A stretch of DNA of 32,000 nucleotides from an uncultured Gammaproteobacteria bacterium (GTDB taxonomy: Bacteria; Patescibacteriota; Microgenomatia; Daviesbacterales; UBA10151), in the NCBI GenBank assembly GCA_964360965.1, contig CAYHYM010000006.1, positions 6,606 to 38,605 on the forward strand, given 5' to 3'. Of the stretch, positions 23,865-31,193 are shown piece by piece (positions within the stretch are counted from its first letter, which is position 1; each line of letters begins with the position of its first letter). The notes below the pieces were generated by a model, which worked only from the letters and a program-made list of their open reading frames with translations, did not search any database and was not told the origin of the DNA. The translations under genes were made by a program, and so were the position numbers.

Positions 23865-23874
23865 AAATTGTCCA

Positions 23875-23910
23875 GTTACGTAATGAGTTACGTAATGCAT
23901 TACGTAATTA
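23875..23910. repeat. Three tandem 12-bp units, each carrying the palindrome TTACGTAA, between convergent genes
   Basis: gttacgtaatga / gttacgtaatgc / attacgtaatta. 23888-23907 is a perfect 20-bp palindrome. The last unit contains the stop codon of the minus-strand gene. Confidence 0.8.
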
Positions 23911-24720
23911 AACAGATTTTGCCACATCCATCAGTTGTTCAAACGACAGCTTGGTTGGTTTTGCATCTGGGGCTGCTGAGGAGCCGCATAAAACCATGTG
24001 GTGAGATTGATGTAAATACCACTCTTCCTCTGGTTTAATTTCCTTAATTTTTTGATAAATTGGTTCTAGATCTATCTCCTCTACAGGAGTAAAAAACTGA
24101 ACACTACCATATTTAGGATCATACATTAAAAATAATTCCCCACCCTGTTTTTTACAGAAGGCTCTGTTTACAAAGTGAGATTTAATGGCAAAACTTTTGC
24201 CAAATTTAGATTTAAATTCTATCGCAGAATGCCAATCGATCAGCGCTTGTTGCTCTTTTTTTACAACCTCTAGAATTCTATCTAAAATAGCTGCTCCTAA
24301 TTTCACTCCCTCTAGAGAATCTTCTTGATTACTTTTCATGGGTCTAATAAAAGCAGGCACAGAAAAAGAGTCAAACTCGTAAGGAGAGATTCCCAAATCA
24401 ATCATCCTGACCCATTCTACTAGTTCATTTAGGGCTAATCTTTCTATCTCATCTTTAGGTTTTAAATCACTTTCTCTAATCTCTTTCCAAAGTAAAGATG
24501 TAGCACAATCTTTTAAATCTCCTTTATGTTCATCATATTTACCTCTACCTACTCCAAAATAAACTAGATCTCCCCTTTCTTCTAGGAACTTACCACCAGC
24601 AGTTTGAGAGATAAATTCAATCTTGGCATTAGAAAAGTCAGGATGAAATTTTTTAAAAAGCCAGATAGCTGAGATGTCATCCAGATGGGGATTAATGTGG
24701 GTTACCAGATAATTAGGCAT
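23908..24720 (-). CDS. Hypothetical protein, possible metal-dependent phosphoesterase (MYG1/DHH-like N-terminal His/Asp pattern); tentative
   Basis: 270 aa. VTHINPHLDDISAIWLF and GRGKYDEHKGD resemble the H..H.DD and YD.H motifs of that superfamily. The match is weak and pattern-level only. Confidence 0.35.
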   Translation of the reverse strand: MPNYLVTHINPHLDDISAIWLFKKFHPDFSNAKIEFISQTAGGKFLEERGDLVYFGVGRGKYDEHKGDLKDCATSLLWKEIRESDLKPKDEIERLALNELVEWVRMIDLGISPYEFDSFSVPAFIRPMKSNQEDSLEGVKLGAAILDRILEVVKKEQQALIDWHSAIEFKSKFGKSFAIKSHFVNRAFCKKQGGELFLMYDPKYGSVQFFTPVEEIDLEPIYQKIKEIKPEEEWYLHQSHHMVLCGSSAAPDAKPTKLSFEQLMDVAKSV

Positions 24721-24775
24721 TACTTATTCTACCACAACCTGTCCAGATTCTTCTTGATGACGACAATCATTAGGA

Positions 24776-25144
24776 TCACCGAGGTTTAATTATCTTTTTT
24801 TTATTGTCTGGCTCTTCATTACGTCTGTGAAGAGCGACAGCTACTGTCACTGCCATCCCAGTCGCTGCTACAGCTGTCGCTCCTGCTGCAATCAGTAGCG
24901 CTTTTCCATGACCAGAGACAAAAGCAAAAATATGTTTACCCTCCTTAACCTTAGCCAAAATGCCATCATTATCTGGTCGTATTAAAAATTCAACAGCCTT
25001 ATCCCTTACTCTCTCCACAGTTTCTGGCCTATCGGGGTTTAATGGAGTAGCAACATTATCAATCAATACAATTCCAGGAATTATCTCTAAATTAGGTGGA
25101 TAATCTCCCCATGATTCTGGTAAATCACTTTTTGTTTCTCTCAT
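24776..25144 (-). CDS. Small protein with C-terminal transmembrane anchor, function unknown
   Basis: 122 aa. The ATG overlaps the polA stop (ATGA). Hydrophobic ALLIAAGATAVAATGMAVTVAVAL near the C terminus. Confidence 0.55.
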   Translation of the reverse strand: MRETKSDLPESWGDYPPNLEIIPGIVLIDNVATPLNPDRPETVERVRDKAVEFLIRPDNDGILAKVKEGKHIFAFVSGHGKALLIAAGATAVAATGMAVTVAVALHRRNEEPDNKKKIIKPR

Positions 25145-27351
25145 AAGGGTTTCATTTCTCCCCAGTTTGGGCCTATTTTCAGGTCCACAACCACTGGCAC
25201 AGATAACTTTATAGCATTTTCCATTTTGTCTTTGACCATCAAGGCCACTTTGTGGACTTGTGGTGAGCTTGTCGAACCATCACATTCAAATAACAATTCA
25301 TCATGCACTTGCAGGATCATTGAACAAGATTGCTTTGCTTCGCTCGCAATGACAGAGGAGATTTCCACCATAGCTTTTTTAATAATGTCAGCTTGGGTTC
25401 CCTGTACTGGGTGATTAATAGCCATTCTCTCCCCTGCTGCCTTGATCATTCTATTGCTAGTTTTAAGTTCTGGGATATATCTTTTTCTTCCCCAAATAGT
25501 TTCTACATAGCCATTCTCATATCCAAATTCCAAAGTTTTTTGCATCCATTCTCGAACCTTTGAGAATTGTTCAAAGTATTCAGTAATATAAGTTCTTGCT
25601 TCCTCAAATGAAATTTTTAGCTGACGGGACAAAGCATGTGGACCTTGGCCATACAATGTTGCAAAGTTCATTGTTTTCCCCACCATTCTTTGCTGTTTGC
25701 TTACTTTATCAATAGGTACTTTAAAAATCTTTGAAGCTGTTGCTGCATGAATATCCAAACCTTCATCGAATGCTCTTTTTAAATTAGTATCATCAGCCAG
25801 ATGAGCCATAATCCTCAGCTCAATCTGGGAATAATCTGCTGCCAAAATTATCTTTCCTTTTGGAGCAAGGAAGGCTTTTCTAATTTCCCCACCCTCCTCC
25901 CCTTTCACGGGAATATTTTGTAAATTAGGATTTTGTGAGGAAAGTCTACCTGTAGCAGCGCCTTCAACATTAAAAGTGGAATGTATCCGACCATCCTGAC
26001 CCACTGATTTAGGCAGAGCATCAATATAGGTGGATACCAGTTTAAAAAGCTGGCGATATTCCAAAAGCATCGGCACCACAGGATGGGCCGTTGCCAATTC
26101 ATGTAGTGTTTCCTCATCTGTTGATCTACCGGTTTTGGTTTTTCTAAAAACAGGTAAGTTTAGCTCATCAAAAAGCACTTCTGATAATTGCTTTGGACTG
26201 TTTAAATTAATCTGATGGCCTATTTTTGAGTAAATTTCTTTCTCAAGTTTTTGTAGTCTGCCTTTTAAATCTTTCCCTAATTTGCTTAAAAACTTCAAAT
26301 CTATTAAAACTCCGGTTTTAGACATTTTCTGTAGGACTTTTTCCACTTCTTGATCTAAATTTGTTGTTTTGTCATTCTGATCCTGAGCATTAGCCGAAGG
26401 AGAAGAATCTCTAGATTTTAAGTCTTGAGATCCTTCACTAGCGTTCAGGATGACAGAAGCACCTGGGATCCTTCCAATCAAACTTCTAAACTCCAGCTCT
26501 TCAAACAACTTAATCACCTCCTGTTTATCAAAATCGTGCACTTCACATGCTTTTAAATCCAACCTAATTGGGGCTTTCAAATCCAAAGTTGCCAGTTTTT
26601 TACTCATCACAGCTTGCTCTACTCCCTCAGCTAGTAGAGTTTGCAACCTAGTAGGCAGAGTTTTTAAATTTTTTGGTTGATAGATTTTTTCCACTGAACC
26701 AAATTGTTGGATTAACTTGGTAGCCCAAGTTTCCCCTATCCCATTCACCCCAGGGATGTTATCAGATTGATCTCCAGCTAGGCCCTTATAATCTATTAAC
26801 TTACTTGGTTCAAAACCATATCTTGTCACAAACTCGCTGACTCCATAAAGCCCCACATCTTGGAGAGTTTTCCTAGGCATTAACACCTTTATATTTTTAT
26901 CAATTAACTGCATAATATCTCTATCCCCCGTGATCACTATCACCTCGAGGTTTTTTTGTTTTTTGGCTTGGGTAGCTAAAGTACCTATCAAATCATCAGC
27001 TTCATATCCAGAAAGACTAAATTGAGGAATATTAAAAGCTTTGGCTACTTGATAAACTCTGTCAAATTGAGAAGATAAACCATCATCAGCTGGACCACGG
27101 GTTGCTTTATACTGAGTGTAGGCTTGATGTCTAAAGGTAGGTCCTTTTTCGTCCCAAGTTAAGCCTAAAAAGTCTGGCTTCAGATCAGCTAAAGCTTTTA
27201 AAATCATGGAGGAAAAGCCATAAACCGCATTAACCAACTCACCCTTGGAGGTGGTAAAAGGAGGAGTGGCATGATAGGCCCTGTGCAACAGAGCGTTACC
27301 ATCAATCAGAACCAGTCTTCTTGTCCTGAGCAAAGCCCGATTCATGCTCAA
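25141..27351 (-). CDS. polA: DNA polymerase I: 5'-nuclease domain fused directly to the polymerase domain, with no 3'-5' exonuclease-like domain
   Basis: 736 aa. LIDGNALLHRAYHA and GDRDIMQL (5' nuclease). DYSQIELRIMAH, NFATLYG and QVHDELLFE (pol motifs A, B, C). The junction linker is encoded by the 84-bp element at 26371-26454. Confidence 0.9.
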   Translation of the reverse strand: MSMNRALLRTRRLVLIDGNALLHRAYHATPPFTTSKGELVNAVYGFSSMILKALADLKPDFLGLTWDEKGPTFRHQAYTQYKATRGPADDGLSSQFDRVYQVAKAFNIPQFSLSGYEADDLIGTLATQAKKQKNLEVIVITGDRDIMQLIDKNIKVLMPRKTLQDVGLYGVSEFVTRYGFEPSKLIDYKGLAGDQSDNIPGVNGIGETWATKLIQQFGSVEKIYQPKNLKTLPTRLQTLLAEGVEQAVMSKKLATLDLKAPIRLDLKACEVHDFDKQEVIKLFEELEFRSLIGRIPGASVILNASEGSQDLKSRDSSPSANAQDQNDKTTNLDQEVEKVLQKMSKTGVLIDLKFLSKLGKDLKGRLQKLEKEIYSKIGHQINLNSPKQLSEVLFDELNLPVFRKTKTGRSTDEETLHELATAHPVVPMLLEYRQLFKLVSTYIDALPKSVGQDGRIHSTFNVEGAATGRLSSQNPNLQNIPVKGEEGGEIRKAFLAPKGKIILAADYSQIELRIMAHLADDTNLKRAFDEGLDIHAATASKIFKVPIDKVSKQQRMVGKTMNFATLYGQGPHALSRQLKISFEEARTYITEYFEQFSKVREWMQKTLEFGYENGYVETIWGRKRYIPELKTSNRMIKAAGERMAINHPVQGTQADIIKKAMVEISSVIASEAKQSCSMILQVHDELLFECDGSTSSPQVHKVALMVKDKMENAIKLSVPVVVDLKIGPNWGEMKPL
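25257..25278. repeat. Short cttgtggtgagc-ttgtcgaacc module inside polA
   Basis: Shares both ends with the 47-bp element. It encodes GSTSSPQV, in the segment after QVHDELLFE. Confidence 0.55.
25328..25353. repeat. 26-bp solo arm (gattgctttgcttcgctcgcaatgac) inside polA
   Basis: Its reverse complement gtcattgcgagcgaagcaaagcaatc matches the arms of the 117-bp element. It encodes VIASEAKQS, just before QVHDE. Confidence 0.7.
26371..26454. repeat. 84-bp palindromic element translated within polA at the nuclease/polymerase junction
   Basis: gtcattctgatcctgagcattagccgaaggagaagaatctctagattttaagtcttgagatccttcactagcgttcaggatgac. 28 codons, VILNASEGSQDLKSRDSSPSANAQDQND. Its arms are inverted relative to the GT4 copy. 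Confidence 0.85.
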
Positions 27352-27384
27352 ATTGTAACACTACTTGGGGTTAAATTCTAATGA

Positions 27385-28191
27385 TCATTGAGCAGTTGAG
27401 GATGGAGTGGAACTGCGGCGATCTCTTTGTTGATTGATCACTTCTTCCTTGATATTCTGGCGTTTTTTTCGTAAATCCAAAATCTCATCTTTAAGCTTCT
27501 CTCTAACATTTTCCCTGCACCCTATTACTCTTTCTTTCAAAGCCTGTTTTTGATCATCAGCCAAACTTGAGGTTGTTGCTTCCCTGGTTAAGAATCTGCA
27601 GGCAAGGGCCTGATGAGCAGCAATTTTTCTGATCAGTTGCTGTTGTCTGGTAATATCCAGTTTTGTAAGAAGCTCTCTGTTGTGCTGCTCTGCCCGCTTT
27701 AAACTTTCCAATATAGCTGCCTTGGCAGAAGGATTTCCCACCTGATCATAAACCCGGGCCAAAACATCCACATGCCTGGAAATAGCTTCACCTGCTCTGA
27801 CTGAACTGTCATTACCGCTTTGTGAAAACTGCCCAACTTGAGTAATATGCCTGAGATATTTATCCAAAGTGGGCTGGATCATTTCCTGCTGTTTTACTTT
27901 GATAAGAGACTTAACCTCTCTTAGTCTTCTTTGGGCAAACTCCAGTTCTCTGTTTAATTTAGCCTCACTGCTGACAGAGAAGGCCAGTTCAATTTGCTCT
28001 CTTAAAGTTTTTAAAAAATACAGCGGGGAGGCCGGATGAACCAAAGATTCACCAATCTCCACAGCCTCAGGTTCAGGAGCTACGGCAACCAAATCTTCTT
28101 CCTGGGCATAGGCTGTTGAGCAATTGGATAAAAAGAGGGTTAAGGATAAAGCCAAAACTGCCAAGACAATGGTAACGCGCATCTTTAACAC
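27385..28191 (-). CDS. Secreted helical protein, function unknown (DUF5667-like pattern, tentative)
   Basis: 268 aa. Signal peptide MRVTIVLAVLALSLTLFLSNCSTAYA, HPASPLYFLKTLREQIEL, and coiled-coil-like repeats. Confidence 0.6.
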   Translation of the reverse strand: MLKMRVTIVLAVLALSLTLFLSNCSTAYAQEEDLVAVAPEPEAVEIGESLVHPASPLYFLKTLREQIELAFSVSSEAKLNRELEFAQRRLREVKSLIKVKQQEMIQPTLDKYLRHITQVGQFSQSGNDSSVRAGEAISRHVDVLARVYDQVGNPSAKAAILESLKRAEQHNRELLTKLDITRQQQLIRKIAAHQALACRFLTREATTSSLADDQKQALKERVIGCRENVREKLKDEILDLRKKRQNIKEEVINQQRDRRSSTPSSTAQ

Positions 28192-28217
28192 TATATTAGT
28201 CTACCTTAAATTAAATG

Positions 28218-30059
28218 TCAACTTTTTTTCTTTCCCACCAGTTTTTCAAATTCATCAGTATCCAGAGTTTCTTTTTCAAGCAGGGTTTTGGCCACTTTAT
28301 CAAGCTTGACTCTTTCCATCTTTAAGATTTTTTGAGCTTGTTTATAACAGGCATCAATAATCTTTTTTATTTCCACATCTATTTTTGATTGCATTGATTC
28401 GGAAACATCCCCTCCTTCATCCGACATCCTGGGCCAAAGACCAAACATGGACCGGGACTTGATATTAATCGGCCCCAAAGAAGACATGCCATACTCCACC
28501 ACCATTTCTCTGGCAATGGAGGTGGCAATCTCAATGTCATTGGCAGCCCCGGTTGATAAATCCCCAAATACCATCTCCTCTGCTGCCCGACCACCCAAAG
28601 CTGTTGATATTTGCTCCAACAGTCTTGATTTGGTTTCATTTGACCTGTCCTCTGTTGGAGGAAACATGGTGTGACCCCCGGATATACCCCTGGCCACTAT
28701 GGTGATTCTATGAACCGGATCAATATTGGGCAAGTGGTGCCCTACAATGGCATGACCTGCCTCATGATAGGCTGCCAATTTTCTGTCTTTTTCAGTCTGC
28801 ATCCTTTTTCGCTGTGGCCCCAGTTTAACTTTAGTGGCAGCCTCTTCCAAATCTTTAGCCTCGATTGCTTTTTTGCCCTCCCGAGCTGCTAAAATTGCTG
28901 CTTCATTTAACATGTTACTCAGATCCGCTCCGGAAAAACCAACTGTACGTCTGGCCAGTCTCTCGATGTCAACATCATCTGTAAAGGGTTTACCCTTCAT
29001 ATGAAGTTTGATGATATCTTTTCGCTCCTCAATATCCGGCATATTTAAAACCACCCGCCTGTCAAATCTGCCTGGACGGACCAGGGCCGGATCCAGCAGA
29101 TCTGGCCTGTTGGTGGCTGCCAGCACTATCACGCTCTCATTAGGAGTAAATCCATCCATCTCCACTAGTATCTGATTTAGGGTTTGCTCTCTCTCATCAT
29201 GCCCTCCTGACATGCCAAAACCGCGCATTCTGCCAATTGATTCAATCTCATCTATAAAAATAATGGCTGGAGCGCTCTTTTTGGCTTGAACAAACATATC
29301 ACGAACGCGGGAAGCACCAACACCTACCAACATTTCCATAAACTCAGATCCGGCAATTGAATAAAATGGCACTCCGGCTTCTCCTGCTACGGCGCGCGAA
29401 ATTAGCGTTTTTCCACATCCGGGTGGACCCACCAAAAGTACTCCTTTGGGCGTTCTGGCCCCAATCTCTTTATACTTTGCGGGACTTTTTAAAAAATCAA
29501 CTATCTCTTCAAGTTCCTTTTTGGCCTCATCTGCTCCTGCCACATCGGAAAATTTAATCTGTGGAGCATCTTTGGTAAAAAGGCGAGCCCTGGATTGGCC
29601 AAAAGAAAAAATTCCCCCTCCTGCTTCTTTGGCGTTTCTGAAGATTAAAAAGAAAAATCCCACCATCAAAAGAATTGGTAAGATCGCCCCTAAAACATTA
29701 AGCCAGGCCTCTTGAAAAGAAATATCTTTAATCTCAACTGTGGTTAATTTGGGATCAACTCCTGAGGAATCCAGGATTTTATAAATTGACTCACCCGCCT
29801 CTTTTCTGGACATTAGTTTTTCATCAGAATCTTTGATTTGAGCAGATACTTTATCTCCTTCCAAAGATAATTTCTCCACCTTTCCCTCTTTGATCATATT
29901 TATAATCTGTGAAATGGGTACCTCATTTGAAGGAATTGAGGAGCCTGACAATTGATAAAAAAAGATCAAGGAAGCAACAGCAATAAGTGCATAAACAGCC
30001 ACTCCTTTAAGGATGGATATGATCCGACCATTAAATTTTTTTTTATGGTTATTGGCCAT
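28218..30059 (-). CDS. ftsH: ATP-dependent zinc metalloprotease FtsH
   Basis: 613 aa. Two TM helices, Walker [10 protein letters not shown], Walker B IIFIDEID-like [32 protein letters not shown], and zinc site HEAGHA. Confidence 0.95.
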   Translation of the reverse strand: MANNHKKKFNGRIISILKGVAVYALIAVASLIFFYQLSGSSIPSNEVPISQIINMIKEGKVEKLSLEGDKVSAQIKDSDEKLMSRKEAGESIYKILDSSGVDPKLTTVEIKDISFQEAWLNVLGAILPILLMVGFFFLIFRNAKEAGGGIFSFGQSRARLFTKDAPQIKFSDVAGADEAKKELEEIVDFLKSPAKYKEIGARTPKGVLLVGPPGCGKTLISRAVAGEAGVPFYSIAGSEFMEMLVGVGASRVRDMFVQAKKSAPAIIFIDEIESIGRMRGFGMSGGHDEREQTLNQILVEMDGFTPNESVIVLAATNRPDLLDPALVRPGRFDRRVVLNMPDIEERKDIIKLHMKGKPFTDDVDIERLARRTVGFSGADLSNMLNEAAILAAREGKKAIEAKDLEEAATKVKLGPQRKRMQTEKDRKLAAYHEAGHAIVGHHLPNIDPVHRITIVARGISGGHTMFPPTEDRSNETKSRLLEQISTALGGRAAEEMVFGDLSTGAANDIEIATSIAREMVVEYGMSSLGPINIKSRSMFGLWPRMSDEGGDVSESMQSKIDVEIKKIIDACYKQAQKILKMERVKLDKVAKTLLEKETLDTDEFEKLVGKKKS

Positions 30060-30106
30060 GGTTCGACTACTTCGACTATGCTCAGTACAAGTTCGCTCAC
30101 CACAAG
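30060..30106. repeat. 47-bp element abutting the ftsH start codon (5' leader)
   Basis: ggttcgactacttcgactatgctcagtacaagttcgctcaccacaag. Its reverse complement matches 22820-22867. Confidence 0.8.
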
Positions 30107-30126
30107 TAAAAGAATACTAACATAAA

Positions 30127-30450
30127 TTAACGGATTTTGATACCTGGAGGGACCTTTTTAGGAACAGTTAAGAAAACTGGACCATTCTTTGTATCAGCTG
30201 CAAGCATCATCCCCTGTGACTCAAGTCCTATCATAGTGCGCGGTTCTAAATTTACCACAACTACTGCCTGTTTACCCACAAAATCTTTCGGTTTATACCA
30301 CTGTTTAACTCCTGCTAAAATCTGCCTAGAATTTTCTTCTCCTAAATCAACTTCTAATTTAATTAGTTTTTCAGATCCTTCCACCTCTTCTGCTTCCAAA
30401 ACAGTACCCACTCTTAATTCAACTTTGGCAAAATCATCTATAGTAATCAT
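30127..30450 (-). CDS. tRNA-binding (EMAP/CsaA/Trbp111-like OB-fold) protein
   Basis: 107 aa. FAKVELRVGTVLEAE...KLIKLEVDLGEE..RQILAGVK...VVNLEPRTMIGLESQGMMLAA. Confidence 0.8.
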   Translation of the reverse strand: MITIDDFAKVELRVGTVLEAEEVEGSEKLIKLEVDLGEENSRQILAGVKQWYKPKDFVGKQAVVVVNLEPRTMIGLESQGMMLAADTKNGPVFLTVPKKVPPGIKIR

Positions 30451-30549
30451 GATTTATAAGTTTTCCAAGTACCAAATTACAAGATTTCTTGGAATACTTG
30501 GTACTTCTTGATTAGAAATAATCAATCTTCATAACTTTTTTAACTTTAG

Positions 30550-30891
30550 TTAAAGTTTTTTGGGTTTTTTAATTTGATGTAGTGTTACCTGAGATGAAAT
30601 TTCAGATTGTTTAGGTTTCCTACCAAGTGATTTTAACTTTTCCATAATCCACATTCTGACCATAGTTGATGGACCTACACCTAATTTAGCGCTTAGTTTT
30701 GTAAGTTGGGTCAGGGTTTTCCCATCCATTCTTACCCCTAAAATATGTTGCAAAGGTCTTACAAATTCAAGCTTAACAGGCTTAAATTCATCTTCAAATT
30801 CGGTTGTATCATGAGTATCCCACCACTCCACTTCTTCTTCATAGCTTTTGAATCTTGGGATTCTGCTTTTTTTTCTTTTATTTGTAGTCAT
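30550..30891 (-). CDS. brnA: BrnA-like (CopG/RHH) antitoxin
   Basis: 113 aa. FKSYEEEVEWWDTHDTTEF N-terminal motif and a C-terminal ribbon-helix-helix-like LGVRMDGKTLTQLTKLSAKLGVGPSTMVRMWIMEKL. Located 2 nt downstream of brnT. Confidence 0.7.
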   Translation of the reverse strand: MTTNKRKKSRIPRFKSYEEEVEWWDTHDTTEFEDEFKPVKLEFVRPLQHILGVRMDGKTLTQLTKLSAKLGVGPSTMVRMWIMEKLKSLGRKPKQSEISSQVTLHQIKKPKKL

Positions 30892-30893
30892 AG

Positions 30894-31166
30894 TTATTTT
30901 ATCTTTTTCAAATAGAGTTTCTTTTCATTTTTAGCAGCATCTCTAGCTGTTATTGGATCAAACCAACCATAATCAGCAGGCTCAATTATAATGACTAAAT
31001 AACGTCCACTACCTGTCTGCCCAATCAGTCTATACCTACCTTGCTTTGTTTTAACATCATAATGTTTACCAAAAACAACTTCTTCTACCTCATCTGGCAA
31101 AACTCCGTGTCTTGAGATATGTTCCTCACGCCACTGATTCCAATTCAAACCTTTAATCTTAATCAT
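30894..31166 (-). CDS. brnT: BrnT-like (DUF497) ribonuclease toxin
   Basis: 90 aa. W..W...H..RHGV...EVEEVVF ... RYRLIGQTGSGRYLVIII ... PITARDAAKNEKKLY matches the DUF497 pattern. Confidence 0.7.
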   Translation of the reverse strand: MIKIKGLNWNQWREEHISRHGVLPDEVEEVVFGKHYDVKTKQGRYRLIGQTGSGRYLVIIIEPADYGWFDPITARDAAKNEKKLYLKKIK

Positions 31167-31193
31167 TGTATAACATTGTTAAACAAAAAGCAA

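Noticed and set aside
8559-26454. Whether the in-frame segments are inteins or group I/II introns
   Set aside because: At 58-117 bp they are far too short for inteins or self-splicing introns, and they lack splicing-motif residues. Excision at the RNA level cannot be excluded from sequence alone. However, the same-phase, stop-free, mostly multiple-of-3 pattern favours translation.
1964-29715. The many other 60-150 aa ORFs in the track that lie antisense to or overlap the long genes (for example 1964-2176, 5040-5273, 10462-10770, 12855-13214, 17407-17868, 18888-19250, 21813-22064, 28379-28892, 29357-29715, 30137-30511, 31398-31737)
   Set aside because: Each lies entirely within a longer ORF that has clear family signatures. 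Their compositions are typical of shadow frames (Ser/Leu/Pro/Phe-rich) and none shows a recognisable motif.
30057-30075. GGTTCGA, which resembles a tRNA T-loop, next to the ftsH start
   Set aside because: No acceptor, D or anticodon arms can be drawn around it. It is part of the 47-bp repeat.
8559-30106. Whether the recurring GC-rich units could be a CRISPR array
   Set aside because: The copies are kilobases apart, differ in length and sequence, and lie inside genes. They lack the regular repeat-spacer periodicity, and no cas genes are present.
30465-30506. Imperfect inverted repeat ccaagtacc...tacttggtactt between brnA and the tRNA-binding protein gene
   Set aside because: The 7-bp AT-rich arms have two alternative pairing registers, and no T tract follows. 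It is too weak to call as a terminator or operator.
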